DNA of 62,818 nt, filler included, from Octopus bimaculoides (GCF_001194135.2; 6 parts of 6 records of this genome joined end to end with filler, not necessarily neighbours in it), one strand, 5' to 3'; numbered from the whole stretch's first letter, positions 1 through 14,066 are shown. Notes: generated from the sequence alone by a model not told the origin. Numbers and translations: made by a program.

Positions 1-452
1 TGTGTGTGTGTGTGTGTGTGTGTGTGTAAACATTATATATAATTGAAAAATATTGTATACATGTATATCTGTGTGTGTGTGCATATGTAAGTGATGGAGT
101 GCCAACAACAACAACAACGTAGCAGGTCAAACGACTGCATATAGATTTGTTGGCTGAGGTTCCTTAAATGGATCATGTTTGTTTTTTTTTGTTTGTTGTT
201 ATTGTTGTTTTTTTGGTTGCTGTTGAAGTTGGTGTCGTTGTTGAATTGATGCTCTTGTTGTTGCTGTTGCTATTAATGTTGTTGGTGGTGGTGGTATTGG
301 TGTTGTTGTTGTGGTGGTGGTGCTGCTGCTCTGCTGCTGTTGTTGTTGTTGTTGTTGTTGTTGATATGGTATTGACTGATGTGTTTCATATTGGTGCTGT
401 TCACATTATTGTTGTTGTTCTTGTTGTCATCATTGTATCGGTTTCCTGTTAC

Positions 453-504
453 CTTCATAAGGAAGTGAAGATCTCGGAGGAACAATTTCTTCTTTAACAG
501 AATC
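453..504 (-). CDS. Candidate 52-nt exon (DSVKEEIVPPRSSLPYE)
   Basis: Acceptor gtttcttttgtcattag, donor AAG|gtaaca; open in phase 0 (also open in a second frame). Confidence 0.4.
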
Positions 505-740
505 CTAATGACAAAAGAAACTAATTAGTGAAATTTAATTACTACAAGCTATTATTAGGTCCGGGTCTTGAACACAGATTACTAAAGAGAGAAAATGACA
601 CCATGTGGTGTGCTTGGCACTTTTTTTTATATCCATATATGGAAGTAAAAGGAAATAGCTCCAGCTGGTACCAAAAGCCAGATTACGAGGAAGTGGTATT
701 CACATTGACCTTACAGCACTTACCATAGCCTAGTCTAGTC

Positions 741-1052
741 TGGCACGCCATTGGTTACGACGACGAGGGTTCCAGTTCATCCAATCAACAGAGGGGGCCT
801 CCTCATGAAATTAATGTGCAAGTGGCTGAGCACTCCACAGACATGTGTACCCTTAATGTAGTTCTCGGAGAGGTTCAGCATGACACAGAGTGTGACAAGG
901 CTGGCCCTTTGAAATACAGGTTCTACTCATTTTTGCCAGCTGAGTGGACTGGAGCAATGTCAAATAAAGTGTCTTGCTCAAGGACACAATGCATTGCCAG
1001 GATTTGAACTCATGACCTTGCAATCATGAGCCGAATACTCTAACCAATAAGC
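741..1052 (-). mobile_element. SINE with alternative tRNA head (head-2) and family A 3' body
   Basis: Body matches family A; head ..TTGAGCAAGACACTTTAT..CCACTCAGCTG. Similar copies at 2731-3028(-) and 33488-33808(-). Confidence 0.8.
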
Positions 1053-1408
1053 NNNNNNNNNNNNNNNNNNNNNNNNNNNNNNNNNNNNNNNNNNNNNNNN
1101 NNNNNNNNNNNNNNNNNNNNNNNNNNNNNNNNNNNNNNNNNNNNNNNNNNNNNNNNNNNNNNNNNNNNNNNNNNNNNNNNNNNNNNNNNNNNNNNNNNNN
1201 NNNNNNNNNNNNNNNNNNNNNNNNNNNNNNNNNNNNNNNNNNNNNNNNNNNNNNNNNNNNNNNNNNNNNNNNNNNNNNNNNNNNNNNNNNNNNNNNNNNN
1301 NNNNNNNNNNNNNNNNNNNNNNNNNNNNNNNNNNNNNNNNNNNNNNNNNNNNNNNNNNNNNNNNNNNNNNNNNNNNNNNNNNNNNNNNNNNNNNNNNNNN
1401 NNNNNNNN

Positions 1409-1738
1409 TTACCTGTGCCTTAGCTAAGGCAAGGGTATTATTTTGTTTGTCTGTGGACAAGATATCTCAAGAACTGCTGGATGGATTCGGATGAAACTTT
1501 CAGGGATGTTTGGCTTCGTGACTTTGGGATTGATCTGGTACCCAACAAGGATTCTGGATTATTTTTCCAGTTTTTTTACTTAATTTTTGAGAGCGGTCAG
1601 CTTCATTTTTAGTATTCTCGTTTGTGAGAGCAGTCAAGTTTATTTCAGATATTCTCATTTTAAAAATCATCTCTGGTTAATCGTTGAGAGGATGTTGGTG
1701 TTGCCTTGGCAGAGGTTTGTGCTCTCTGAGTGCTCTTG
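1409..1738 (+). mobile_element. Non-autonomous Helentron-associated (HINE/DINE-1-like) element
   Basis: 5' palindromic ACCT..GCCTTAGCTAAGGC, 3' sub-terminal GCCTTGGCAGAGGT, 3' stem-loop GTGCTCTCTGAGTGC, flanking TT. Class is by recalled architecture. Confidence 0.5.
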
Positions 1739-1896
1739 CTATTATCATTTTGGTTTCTTTCTCAAAGCTCTTTCATCACACATCCTGTTACCTCATCAGT
1801 GACTTTTTAGTATTTCAAGATATTCTTATGTAATTTTGGTAAATATATCTATTAAGATGAGATGTCAGTGTTATTTTCATTTTCTATTTTTCTCAC

Positions 1897-1923
1897 AGAC
1901 GGTGCCCAACAGACTCTACAATA
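1897..1923 (-). CDS. Candidate 27-nt exon (YCRVCWAPS)
   Basis: Acceptor ttttgtcaactacacag, donor TCT|gtgaga. Confidence 0.35.
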
Positions 1924-2693
1924 CTGTGTAGTTGACAAAATCAAGAATAAAACAATGCACATGTGTAAAATTAAAATTATAAAATGGCAACAATTTACCC
2001 ATTGCACTCTGTATTATTTACACACACACACACACTTGAGCGTGTGTGTGTGTGTGCGCGCGCGCGCGCATAGGATAATCTTCAACATAGGTTTTGCCTA
2101 CCAAGTTTCCTTTCATAAGACATTGACCAAGCTGAAGCTGTGGAAGATGTTACCAACCTAAAGTGCTTCATAAGAAGATTAAAAAAACTTGGTTGCAAAA
2201 CAACTTTTTTTCTCTCTTCTTTCCTTTCCAAACAATGGATTAATCACACATCCATGCTTGCATCCATTTGTATAAACTAAAAGCACCAAGAGATTGAGTG
2301 TCCTGATAAACTGATAAATAAAATGGCTCAGTAGTAAAACCCCTTTTAAGCAGAACCATTAAATTCTCATCCATTAAAAACCCTATACTAAAAACAATAA
2401 AAAGAAATCCAAAGACTTAAAACAAATATTATTCATCATCTGACACACAAACGAGTGAATAGAAAGGGTTCTTTTAGTTTTTATTTTTACCTGTTTTAGT
2501 CGTTAGATTGCAGCCATGCTGGGCCTTCACCTTGAAGGGTTTAGTTGAACAAATTGCTTATATTTTTAAAGTCTGGTACTTATTCCATCAGTTTCTTTTT
2601 GCTGAACCTCTAAGTCATGAGCACATAAACAAACCAGCACTAGTTATCAAGCAATGGTGGGGAAAACACAAAGACACACACACAGACATACGC

Positions 2694-2728
<35 letters not shown>

Positions 2729-4433
2729 ACTGACACAGAATGGATTACGATGGCAAGGGTTCTAGTTGATCGGATCAACGGAACAACCTGCTTTCGAAAT
2801 TAATGTGAAAGTGGCTGAGCATTTCACAGACACACGCATTCTTAATGTAGTTCTCAGGGACATTAAGTGTGACACAGAATATGACAAGACTACTCATTTT
2901 TGCCAGCTGAGTGGACAGGAGCATGGTGAAATAAAGTGTCTTGCTCAAGGACACAATGTGTCACCAATATATCAAACTCACAATTTTACGACCATGAACC
3001 TGATACCCTAACCACTTAGTCACACACCTTTACAGAGTCACACGCACACACACATGCACACACATGCACATATATCATCATCATCATCATCATCATCATC
3101 ATCGTTAACATCTGTTTTCCATGCTGGCATGGGTTGGCCAGTTCGACTGGGGTCTGGAAGCCAGGAGGCTGCACCAGGCCCCAATCTGATCTGGCAGTGT
3201 TTCTACAGTTGGATGCCCTTCCTAACACCAACGACTCCAAGAGTGCAGTATATATATATATATATATATATTTATATAATACAAATGATATATGAGCATA
3301 TGCATGTATACATACATATATGAACATACCTACATCTACATGTATATATAGATGCATGTCCGGGTACAGGATGTCAAAAAAGGAACGGGAACATAAACAA
3401 AGCACAAAAAAACGGACTTTTTTTANNNNNNNNNNNNNNNNNNNNNNNNNNNNNNNNNNNNNNNNNNNNNNNNNNNNNNNNNNNNNNNNNNNNNNNNNNN
3501 NNNNNNNNNNNNNNNNNNNNNNNNNNNNNNNNNNNNNNNNNNNNNNNNNNNNNNNNNNNNNNNNNNNNNNNNNNNNNNNNNNNNNNNNNNNNNNNNNNNN
3601 NNNNNNNNNNNNNNNNNNNNNNNNNNNNNNNNNNNNNNNNATATATATATATATATATATACATACATACATACATATCTATATGAGGGGCTTCTTTCAG
3701 TTTCCATCTATCAAATCCAATCACAAGGCTTCATTTGACCCGAGGTTATAGTAGAAGATATTTGCCCAAGGTGGCATGCAGTAGAACTAAGCCTAAGACC
3801 ACATGATTGGCAAGCAAGGTTCTTGACCACACAGCTTACACTTCCAGCTAGCCGCCGTACAAGCCATACCTGCACCTAGAACAATATAGACATTCCACCT
3901 TACAACTATAATGCACCAAAAAAAAAAACCAACAGTAAAAAACAAAACTGAACCATTCATATAGTGTACTGCATTAACCAAATGCACTCTAGTAATAAAA
4001 CACATGAATATGTCATCAACAAACTCATAAAATGGAACATGTCATATATTTACATGCAACCACAAACAAACAGAAAGAATGTATTACAGCAAACCCAAAA
4101 TTATAACCATCTTCATCAAAACAAAACCACAAAGCTGTAAGTGACAGAATGTCCTTCCATTAACTAGTGTAATAAATGAATTTTAAAATAAACATATACC
4201 ATGGTTGTTAACTTTGTTTCTGACTTAAGCTATTACATTGGATACATAAACATGTTGTATACATGAATATAGGTGCAGGTGTGGCTGTGTGGTAAGAAGC
4301 TTGCTCTCCAACCACATGGTTCTGGATTAAGTCCCACTGCATGGCACCTTGAGCAAGTGTCTTCTGCTATAGCAGCAGGCCAAGAAAAGACATGTGAGTG
4401 GATTTGGTAGACAGAAACTGAAAGAAGCCCGTC

Positions 4434-4492
<59 letters not shown>

Positions 4493-4670
4493 TGACTGCT
4501 AAATCCACAAGTTTTTTTTACTCTGTCTGTGTTTATTTTCTCTTATTCTTTCCTGTTAAAGAGCGTAGGCTTGAAACATAAACGAGTTTCTCACTTTCCC
4601 AAGTGTCAAACTAATACACCTGCTTGTTGTTCATACACCTGTCTTCATCTTTTGTTTTTCTGTAAATTTC

Positions 4671-4711
<41 letters not shown>

Positions 4712-5223
4712 CACTCTGTTAAGTAGTTGGTATTAGGAAAGGCATCCAGCTGTAGAAATCAAGCCACAACAGACAGTTGGAGTCTGAACAGCTCCCAGCT
4801 AGCAAGTTCTATGTGAAATAGTCCAACCCATCCCAGCATGGAAAGCGGATGTTAAACGATGATGATGACAATGTGTGTGTGTGTTCCCCACCGCTGTTGG
4901 ACAATCAGTGTTGGTGTGTTTATGTCCCCATTACTTAGCAGTTCAGCAAAAGAGACCAATAGAATAAGTACCAGTCTTTAAAAAAAAGTACTGGTGGTCA
5001 ATTCATTTAACTAAAATATTTTTCAAGGCAGTGCCCCAGCATGGCCACAGTATTATGACCGAAGCAAGTTTCTCTCCTGTTCATCAAGCATTCACAGTGT
5101 GTGGCAGAAGAAACTCCCATATTTTACATGGCCATTAGTATGGCACTAGTGACATTACACAGAAGATAATAACATTTACAAGTAGCTAATGTTTTACTGT
5201 TTTCTTTTTATTATTATTTTTAC

Positions 5224-5304
5224 AGTTTGGTCAATGCATATGGCATGTTTGCTGTTGAAACATTTATCAAGAATGGGAATCAGAGCAAGGAGTTTTTGCC
5301 ACCT
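5224..5304 (-). CDS. Candidate 81-nt phase 0-0 exon (RWQKLLALIPILDKCFNSKHAICIDQT)
   Basis: Acceptor ttattgtacag, donor ACT|gtaaaa; overlaps a competing + strand exon candidate (5226-5411). Confidence 0.35.
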
Positions 5305-5619
5305 CTGTACAATAAAGTCTTTGTAATTACAATACAGAACAGGAGAAGAAAACAGTTAAATAGAAAAAAACTACCATTCTGTATAGAATTCCAAGAAAAA
5401 TTAGATCAGTGGTAAAGGATTTAATCTATAGCCAAATACAAATCAAAGTTTAGAACACATAGTCAACATTTCAGTAATAAACTAAGAACAGTTATTGATG
5501 GCTAAAAAGTCACTTAGAATTAATAGTAGAAAGAAGAATATGAAATGCCACAGACAACCACTTCATGAAGAATATAAGATTAGAAAGGTCGAGGAGCACT
5601 GGTGACCTAAGACGTTTAC

Positions 5620-5643
5620 CATTTTGAGCGAAACAACATGAAA
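5620..5643 (-). CDS. Candidate 24-nt exon (FHVVSLKM)
   Basis: Strong acceptor ctttcttatttcatttatag, donor ATG|gtaaac; phase-compatible with neighbouring candidates. Confidence 0.4.
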
Positions 5644-6222
5644 CTATAAATGAAATAAGAAAGTCATTAATAAAAAATAAAATAAAATAATTAAAAAAAC
5701 TGTTAATATCAAACAGTCATATTATCAATATCTGAAACAAAACAAAAAGATTATTCAACACATATAGAAATTTAAGTGTGTTTGAGTGTGTGTGGGGGGA
5801 AGAGTGTGCACATGTGTGTGTATGTGTGTATATGTGTGTGCCTGTGTATGTGTGCATGTGTGTGTGCACGTGTGTGTATACACGTGTGTGTGTGCATGTG
5901 TGTATGCACGTGTGTGTATGTATGTATGCATGTGTGTGTGAGTATGTGTGGGGGGAGAGTGTGCATGTGTGTGTGTGTGGTGCATGTATGTGCACGTGTG
6001 TGTGCATTTGTGTATGCACGCGTGTGTATTATGTATGCATGTGTGTGTGTGTGTGTGCATGTAGATGGTTGTAGCTACCCCCAGTATAGCTACAATCAAC
6101 TGGCTGGAAGCTGGAGGGGAAGGCAGGGCAAGTTGAGCCTAGGGTTAAGTTGAGCCACCACCTCTCAGTCGGTTATGAATTAGCCAAGTGGTGACATCAT
6201 CTCTGGATGAAAGAAGCCTGTT

Positions 6223-6274
<52 letters not shown>

Positions 6275-6321
6275 ACATCATGATGATGATATAAAAGCTT
6301 CTGCGTGGTGTCACATAGAAG

Positions 6322-6400
6322 CACCCATGCAGTGCCATGTAAAAGTTCCCATGTGGCACCATGTAAAAGCGCCCATGTGGCACCATGTAAAAGTACCCAC
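6322..6400 (+). repeat. 24-bp tandem repeat (CCCATGTGGCACCATGTAAAAG-NN)x3 inside a family D element
   Basis: Direct reading. Confidence 0.8.
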
Positions 6401-6907
6401 CACACTGTGAAGTGGTTGGCGTTAGGAAGGGCATCCAGCTGTAGAAACCACGTCAAATCAGACTGGAGTCTGGTGCAGCTCCTCAGCTTGCCAACTCTGC
6501 TCAAACCATCCAACCCATGCCAGCATGGACAATGGACATTAAATGATGATCATGATGATGATATACATATGTGTGTGTGTGTGTGTATGAGTATGTGTGT
6601 TTGTGTCTCCTGGTCTGGACATTGCATGATAGTTGTGCCCAACCATCACACAAGTGATGTTGCCCATTTCTATTCTTTGAGGCAAACATGTCCAGCCAAG
6701 GGAAAAATATTAAATTGCTTGGAAACAAGCAAAGGTTGGCAGCAGGAAGGGCATCTGGTTGTAAAAAAAATCTGCATCAACTAATTCCATCTGACCCATG
6801 CAAGCATGGAAATGTGGATGCCAAAACGATGATGATGATGATGACAACGACGGCACTGACAACACTGCCGCTGCTGATGCCAACAATGATTACAATGGTG
6901 ATGATGG

Positions 6908-6938
<31 letters not shown>

Positions 6939-8479
6939 AGTGATTATGATGACAATGATGAATGAATGAATGAACAAACAGCCAAAACAAACAAAATATC
7001 TCAGATTCCTGGGAGAGAAAAATGTATTAACAAAAGCTACTGAAATACAAATGTAAGAAAGAAAAAAAAAAGAAGAGAAATTAAGATGTTTAAACAACAG
7101 AAAAACATCTCTCATCTTGGTTTGAGGAATTTTCTTGTTAAACATGTTGAAATCCTATTTCAAAAGAGATAACTTTAAAAAAACAGAAATTAAAACATGA
7201 TATAAAAATGTATTTCCTTGTATCATCTTTCACTTGAAGTTTTTGTTTTCCAAAAGTGAGAGCGAGAGAGAGAGAATCAAACATGAAGAATTCCTCAATA
7301 ATTCCATATTCAGAGAACAATACCGTATCTGTGATCCTTCAAAGTCTTCAGAAAATCAATTTTAAGTCCAAAAATACGGTTTAATATTTTGTTTAGTTTT
7401 GAATTTGTCTTTTAACATGTTACAAGTGAGTTGAAGAGAGTTGGGAGAATAAAAGATTAAATTGTCTGCACTTAAAAGAGGTGTAGGTATGGCTATGTGG
7501 TTAAGAAGCTTCCTTCCCGAACACATGGTTTCAGAGTTCAGTCCTATTGTGTGGCACCTTGGGGAAGTGTCTTGTACTATGGTCCAAGATTAACCAAAGC
7601 CTTGTGAGTGGATTTGGTAATCAGAAACTGAAAGAAGCCCATCATCATTTAACATGCGTTGTCCAAGCTGGCATGGGTTGGACAGTTTGACTGAGCTGAC
7701 ACGCTGGAAGGCTGCGCCAGACTCTAGTCTGATTTGCTATGGTTTTCTATGGCTAGATGCCCTTAATAACGCCAACCACTCTGAGAGTGTAATGGGAGCT
7801 TTTATGTGCCACTGATAGGGGGGGGGGCTATTTGCATGACACCGGTATCTGCCATGACTGCAATTTTGCTCGGCATATACCATGAATATATATATACACA
7901 CACACATATATACATATATATATATATATATAGGTTATGAGCTAAAGTGGTGTCAATTAGACCCAGAGGTTTCAGGTAATGCTGAGTAAGTGCTGTGGAT
8001 AGACTATAGCTAAGCTCCAGTTTCTGTGATTATGCGAATAAGGGGTCCAACGTAAGTCATAGATCAGCGTGTGAATATAAGGATTTCGTAATGAGATAAA
8101 AAACCAAGGGTGTGTATAATATAGAACATTTATAAATGTTCTGTATTATACACAGCCTTGGTTTATCTCATTACAAAATCCTTACATATATATATATATA
8201 TATATNNNNNNNNNNNNNNNNNNNNNNNNNNNNNNNNNNNNNNNNNNNNNNNNNNNNNNNNNNNNNNNNNNNNNNNNNNNNNNNNNNNNNNNNNNNNNNN
8301 NNNNNNNNNNNNNNNNNNNNNNNNNNNNNNNNNNNNNNNNNNNNNNNNNNNNNNNNNNNNNNNNNNNNNNNNNNNNNNNNNNNNNNNNNNNNNNNNNNNN
8401 NNNNNNNNNNNNNNNNNNNNNNNNNNNNNNNNNNNNNNNNNNNNNNNNNNNNNNNNNNNNNNNNNNNNNNNNTATAGAC

Positions 8480-8772
8480 ATTCGAGCGAGATCGTCGCCA
8501 GTGCTGCCGAACTGGCTCCTGTGCAGGTGGCACGTAAAATACACCATTTTGAGCATGGCCGTTGCCAGTACCACCTGACTGGCCTTCGTGCCGGCGGCAC
8601 GTAAAAGCACCCACTACACTCTCGGAGTGGTTGACGTTAGGAAGGGCATCCAGCTGTAGAAACTCTGCCAAATCAGATTGGAGCCTGGTGTAGCCATCTG
8701 GTTTCACCAGTCCTCAGTCAAATCGTCCAACCCATGCCAGCATGGAAAGTGGACGTTAAACGGCGACGACGA
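8480..8772 (+). mobile_element. Retroposon family D with (GAT)n tail
   Basis: GTGGTTG(G/A)CGTTAGGAAGGGCATCCAGCTGTAGAAAC..CCATGCCAGCATGGAAAG..GACGTTAAAC. Copies at ~3066-3248, 4722-4872, 6295-6565, 6660-6850, 7645-7875, 11135-11345, 13840-14000, 14715-14945, 19116-19232 and 19445-19566. Confidence 0.8.
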
Positions 8773-9152
8773 TATATATATTCTTTCATTTGTTTCAGTC
8801 ATTTGAATACTTTAATATTGGCTTTTGGGGTCAAGATTGGTAAAATAGGACCAGGAAGAACCTCAGGCAAACTGATATTGATAAGGTTATCAGGGCATGT
8901 ATTTCATATAATAAAACAGAACATATTACTCGTGCTTTATGTTGGTACTGATAGGTTGTATACCAGTTCTTAAAACATAACACAGGTGAGTCATATAATG
9001 CAGATTGATCAGAGAGATGGTGTCACACTGCTGATTGATCAGGTAGATGAAGTGTATACATATACACACATATTTTTGTATCTATCTATCTATCTATCTA
9101 ATTCTCACTTTCTATATAAATATATATATACATATACACACATACACACACA

Positions 9153-9214
<62 letters not shown>

Positions 9215-9390
9215 NNNNNNNNNNNNNNNNNNNNNNNNNNNNNNNNNNNNNNNNNNNNNNNNNNNNNNNNNNNNNNNNNNNNNNNNNNNNNNNNNNNNNN
9301 NNNNNNNNNNNNNNNNNNNNNNNNNNNNNNNNNNNNNNNNNNNNNNNNNNNNNNNNNNNNNNNNNNNNNNNNNNNNNNNNNNNNNNNNNN

Positions 9391-9436
<46 letters not shown>

Positions 9437-12400
9437 ACATATACACACATTCATACATGTGTGTGTGTGTGTGTGTGATCAGGTAGACAGTGTATAGGTA
9501 GTTGTCAGGTTTTTATCAGGTGATTAACTAATAACATTAGGGATCTAATTCTTTAAATAATTCTGAACAGTTATGATTATTCCACTTACCAGGAGAGTAG
9601 TAGAATCAGGTGAGAGAGGTGGAAAAGGATGAAAGAAGAGAGAGAGAGAGACTGGAGAGGATGTGAGATAGAAAGGCAGAAAAAGAGTGAGAGTTCAGAG
9701 GGAGTAAAAGATAGCGAGAGAGAAAATAGAAGGATGTAAGAAAATATGAGAGGGGAGAGGTAGGAGGAAGAGTAGAGGGAGAATGCACAGAGGGGGGGGG
9801 GGAGAATGAAAGAAAGAAGAGAGCTGAGCTGCCAGGAAATTGGTGTTTGGGTTGGCTAAGTTTGGCTTGATAGTATAAAAAGCTGACATCAAATGATTAA
9901 CAAATTGATTGGTTAATCAATTTATTTATTAACATTTATGTAATAATTATCTCATTAATTATTACAGTGAAACAATAATTTATTCAGTCTTTCCCTATCA
10001 ATTCTTTTCACAGTTTTTTTTCTTTTCAACTTGGTAATATTGGTTTCAAATTTTGGCACAAGGCCAGCAATTTCGGGTGGTGGTGGGGATAAGTCAAATC
10101 GACCCCCAGTGCTAAACTGGTACTTATTTTAATGACTCCTCCCCACAAAGGATGAAAGGCAAAGTCAACTACGGCAGCATTTGAACTCAAAATGTAAAGA
10201 NNNNNNNNNNNNNNNNNNNNNNNNNNNNNNNNNNNNNNNNNNNNNNNNNNNNNNNNNNNNNNNNNNNNNNNNNNNNNNNNNNNNNNNNNNNNNNNNNNNN
10301 NNNNNNNNNNNNNNNNNNNNNNNNNNNNNNNNNNNNNNNNNNNNNNNNNNNNNNNNNNNNNNNNNNNNNNNNNNNNNNNNNNNNNNNNNNNNNNNNNNNN
10401 NNNNNNNNNNNNNNNNNNNNNNNNNNNNNNNNNNNNNNNNNNNNNNNNNNNNNNNNNNNNNNNNNNNNNNNNNNNNNNNNNNNNNNNNNNNNNNNNNNNN
10501 NNNNNNNNNNNNNNNNNNNNNNNNNNNNNNNNNNNNNNNNNNNNNNNNNNNNNNNNNNNNNNNNNNNNNNNNNNNNNNNNNNNNNNNNNNNNNNNNNNNN
10601 NNNNNNNNNNNNNNNNNNNNNNNNNNNNNNNNNNNNNNNNNNNNNNNNNNNNNNNNNNNNNNNNNNNNNNNNNNNNNNNNNNNNNNNNNNNNNNNNNNNN
10701 NNNGGTGGTGGTGGTGGTGGTGGTGCTGCTGCTGCTGCTGCTGGCTATGATTGTCAGCTAAGTACCGAACACTTTTCCGGTTCCCAGCTGGGGCTTTAAT
10801 AAAGCTTGAACATCTTGCTTTATGTCTCAAGACAAAAGGACCTTCTATACTGAACAGTTTTATTTTTTTATTTCATTTTATTGTTATTCTTTTTTTATCA
10901 GTTAGTCAGAGAAGGACTGGATATTCTACCTTTGAGAGTTTCCAGGACCTCCAAAATTCCAGATAAGAAAGGGTTGAGGAAGGGATCCTCAAAATCAGAC
11001 AGAAACCTGACCTTGAATGATTGCAACAGAGTGCAATGATGAGTGAAAGGTGGCAAAGATGGCTTTATGGGAAAATTCACCCTACATTTAGTTGACAATT
11101 CATAAGTAGCATGACACAAGAACATAGAATTGAAAATTGTTGTCATCGTTGTCATCTGGCATACATTTTCCATGCTGGCATGGTTTGGATCCAATGAACA
11201 ACAGGACTGCATCAAATTCCAATGTTAGCTTTAGCATAGTTTCTGCAGCTGGATACCCTTCTTAATGCCAACCACTTCACAGTGTGCATTGGGTAATTTT
11301 TTGTGACAATAACACTAATGAGGTTGCCAGGTAACTTACAAGACAAGAAAAGAAAAGGGGAAAATCCCCTTGACTGTGGGGGATGTATTTGCAAGAACAG
11401 GAAGTGGTTTTATGCCAGGTGTCAAGAGACAAAGGGCTATTAGAGGGATAAGCATGGGTCTCTTGCAATAGAGGATATACATGGCTACCCTGCCTTATTT
11501 AGGGGTTGGTGGTGGTAGCTAAAAAGAAGATAGAGATGGTGTAAAGAAGAACCAGAGCGAACTCTCAAGGTAAAAGAAGGTGAATATAAGAGAGAATATG
11601 AGCAGTGGATGAAAGGTGGAGGTTAGGGAAGGAACAATTTTCTGTGCTAGAGGAGAGTAACAGATATTCAGAGATGGGGGTAGATGAGAACATAGTGAGT
11701 TATGAACACAGGTAGAGGTGTGTTGGATGGGAAATATCAGTATGGAGGAGAGATAAGAGGAAATGAGATAAAATAAGAACAAAAGTTTCCAAATAATATC
11801 AACAACGGTAAAGAAATCCTGATAGAAATATCAAAGTTAATATTAGTTAATATTTATAGCACTTCCAAAGAAATCTGGATCCATGGATTATTTATTGTAT
11901 AGAACAATAAATCTTGTTATGTATTGTTCTACTGAAATAAACATGTTGACAGTAAAAAAAAAAAAAAAAAAAATGGAGGTAGAGAGAAAGAAAGAGAGAG
12001 AAGCAGGTTTAAACCAGAAATTTCATAGAGGGTAGGTTGTTGAGAGTCGTTGTACAAGTAGCAACAACCTTTATTCCTTGGAAATATTCCTTTTGTGAGC
12101 TCATAAAGACAAATACTTATGTTTCATAAACATAGTTTTGTTATATTGAGGAAAATATGAAATGGATCAAGATCAAATATTTAAACTCTTAAACTCTTTT
12201 GTTATCATATTCCTTTTGAAATACTCTATCTTTGTTTCAATTAATTTTGAAAATAATAAAGAATTTGGTTAAATAACCATGTCCTTATTAAGATGGAAGG
12301 GAAGGCGTCGAGCTGGCAGAATCGTTGGCACCCCAGGAGAAATGCTTACCAGTGTTTCATCTGCCGCAACATTCTGAGTTCTAATTCTGCCGAGGTCGAC

Positions 12401-12597
12401 TTTGCCTTTCATCCTTTCGGGGTCGATAAATTAAATACCAGTGAAACACTGGGGTCAATGTAATCGACTCATCCTATACTCAAAATGGCTGCCCTTGTGG
12501 CAAAATTTGAAATCATTATTAAGATGGAAGATTTTAATTTAGATTACTTTAAGTGTTTAGCATTCACATTATTCTGTCGAATGTAATGCTTATTTGT

Positions 12598-12986
12598 GGA
12601 GGCGCAATGACCCAGTGGTTAGGGCAGCGGACTCGCGGTCATAGGATCGCAGTTTCGATTCCCAGACCAGGCGTTGTGAGTGTTTATCGAGCAAAAACAC
12701 CTAAAGCTCCACGAGGCTCCGGCAGGGTATGGTGGCGAACCCTGCTGTNNNNNNNNNNACCACAACTTCCTCTCACTCTTACTTCCTGTTTCTGTTGTGC
12801 CTGTAATTCAAAGGGTCAGCCTTGTCAGACTGTGTCACGCTGAATATCCCCGAGAACTACGTTAAGGGTACACGTGTCTGTGGAGTGCTCAGCCACTTGC
12901 ACATTATTTTCACGAGTAGGCTGTTCCATTAATCGGATCAACTGGAACCCTCGACGTCGTAAGCGACGGAGTGCCGACAACAACAA
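12598..12986 (+). mobile_element. tRNA(Arg)-like SINE family A, full length (probably octopus OR-type)
   Basis: A-box TGACCCAGTGGTTAG, B-box GTTTCGATTCC, body ending GTCGTAAGCGACGGAGTGCCGACAAC. Confidence 0.85.
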
Positions 12987-13998
12987 TGCTTATTTATTCA
13001 CATTGGTTTGAATTATCATGTATAGTCACACAGCTTTGAGATTTCAATGGTGTCTTTGTCTATTTTAGAATGATATTGCAGGTCAAATCAGGTCAGTTTG
13101 AACATAAAACAAATAGATTATTTGGGCTGGTACGGCCGATTTAAATGTAAAAGGGTTAAAGCAGGAAGTTTGTATCATAAAACTGAGGATGATCTCAGGC
13201 AGATTGGTATTAAAAGGGTCAAACACCTTGATCATGTTTGTATCAAAATGTTCTTACCATTTTTCCTAGATGTTTAAGTCAGAAGTTATCAGTTCTCAGG
13301 TAATCTTTTTTGAAAGTCTAGTTCACTATTTGTGGAGGCACGTGGCTTAGTGGTTAGAGTGTCAGCACCATGATCGTAAGATTGTGGTTTCGATTCCTGG
13401 ACCGGGCAACGCGTTGTGTTCTTGAGCAAAACACTTCATTTCACGTTATATATATATAGATGTGTCTTTGTGTCAGTGTCCACTGCCCCCTCCATCATCA
13501 CTTGACAAGTAGTGTTGGTGCATATGTCCTCATAACTTAGCAGTTTCGCAAAGAGACTGATAGAATAAGTACCAGGCTTACAAAGAATAAGTCCTGGAAC
13601 CAAATTGTCTGCCTGCANNNNNNNNNNNNNNNNNNNNNNNNNNNNNNNNNNNNNNNNNNNNNNNNNNNNNNNNNNNNNNNNNNNNNNNNNNNNNNNNNNN
13701 NNNNNNNNNNNNNNNNNNNNNNNNNNNNNNNNNNNNNNNNNNNNNNNNNNNNNNNNNNNNNNNNNNNNNNNNNNNNNNNNNNNNNNNNNNNNNNNNNNNN
13801 NNNNNNNNNNNNNNNNNNATATATATATATATATATATATTCTGAGTGGTTGGCGTTAGGAAGGGCATCCAGCTGTAGAAACTCTGCCAAATTTAGATTG
13901 GAGCCTGGTGTTGCCATCCGGTTTCACCAGTCCTCAGTCAAGTCGTCCAACCCATGCTAGCATGGAAAGCGGACGTTAAACGATGATGATGATGATGA

Positions 13999-14066
<68 letters not shown>

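Noticed and set aside
5226-5411. + strand 62-codon exon candidate with strong acceptor
   Set aside because: No compatible + strand neighbours (joining to 13270 creates TGA); the minus-strand chain fits better. Not fully excluded.
12598-12670. tRNA-like sequences (also 43552, 13334 and others)
   Set aside because: These are SINE heads: no complete cloverleaf, and they continue into repeat bodies.
13270-13299. + strand 30-nt exon candidate MFKSEVISSQ with good splice sites
   Set aside because: Isolated; such short matches arise by chance in AT-rich DNA.
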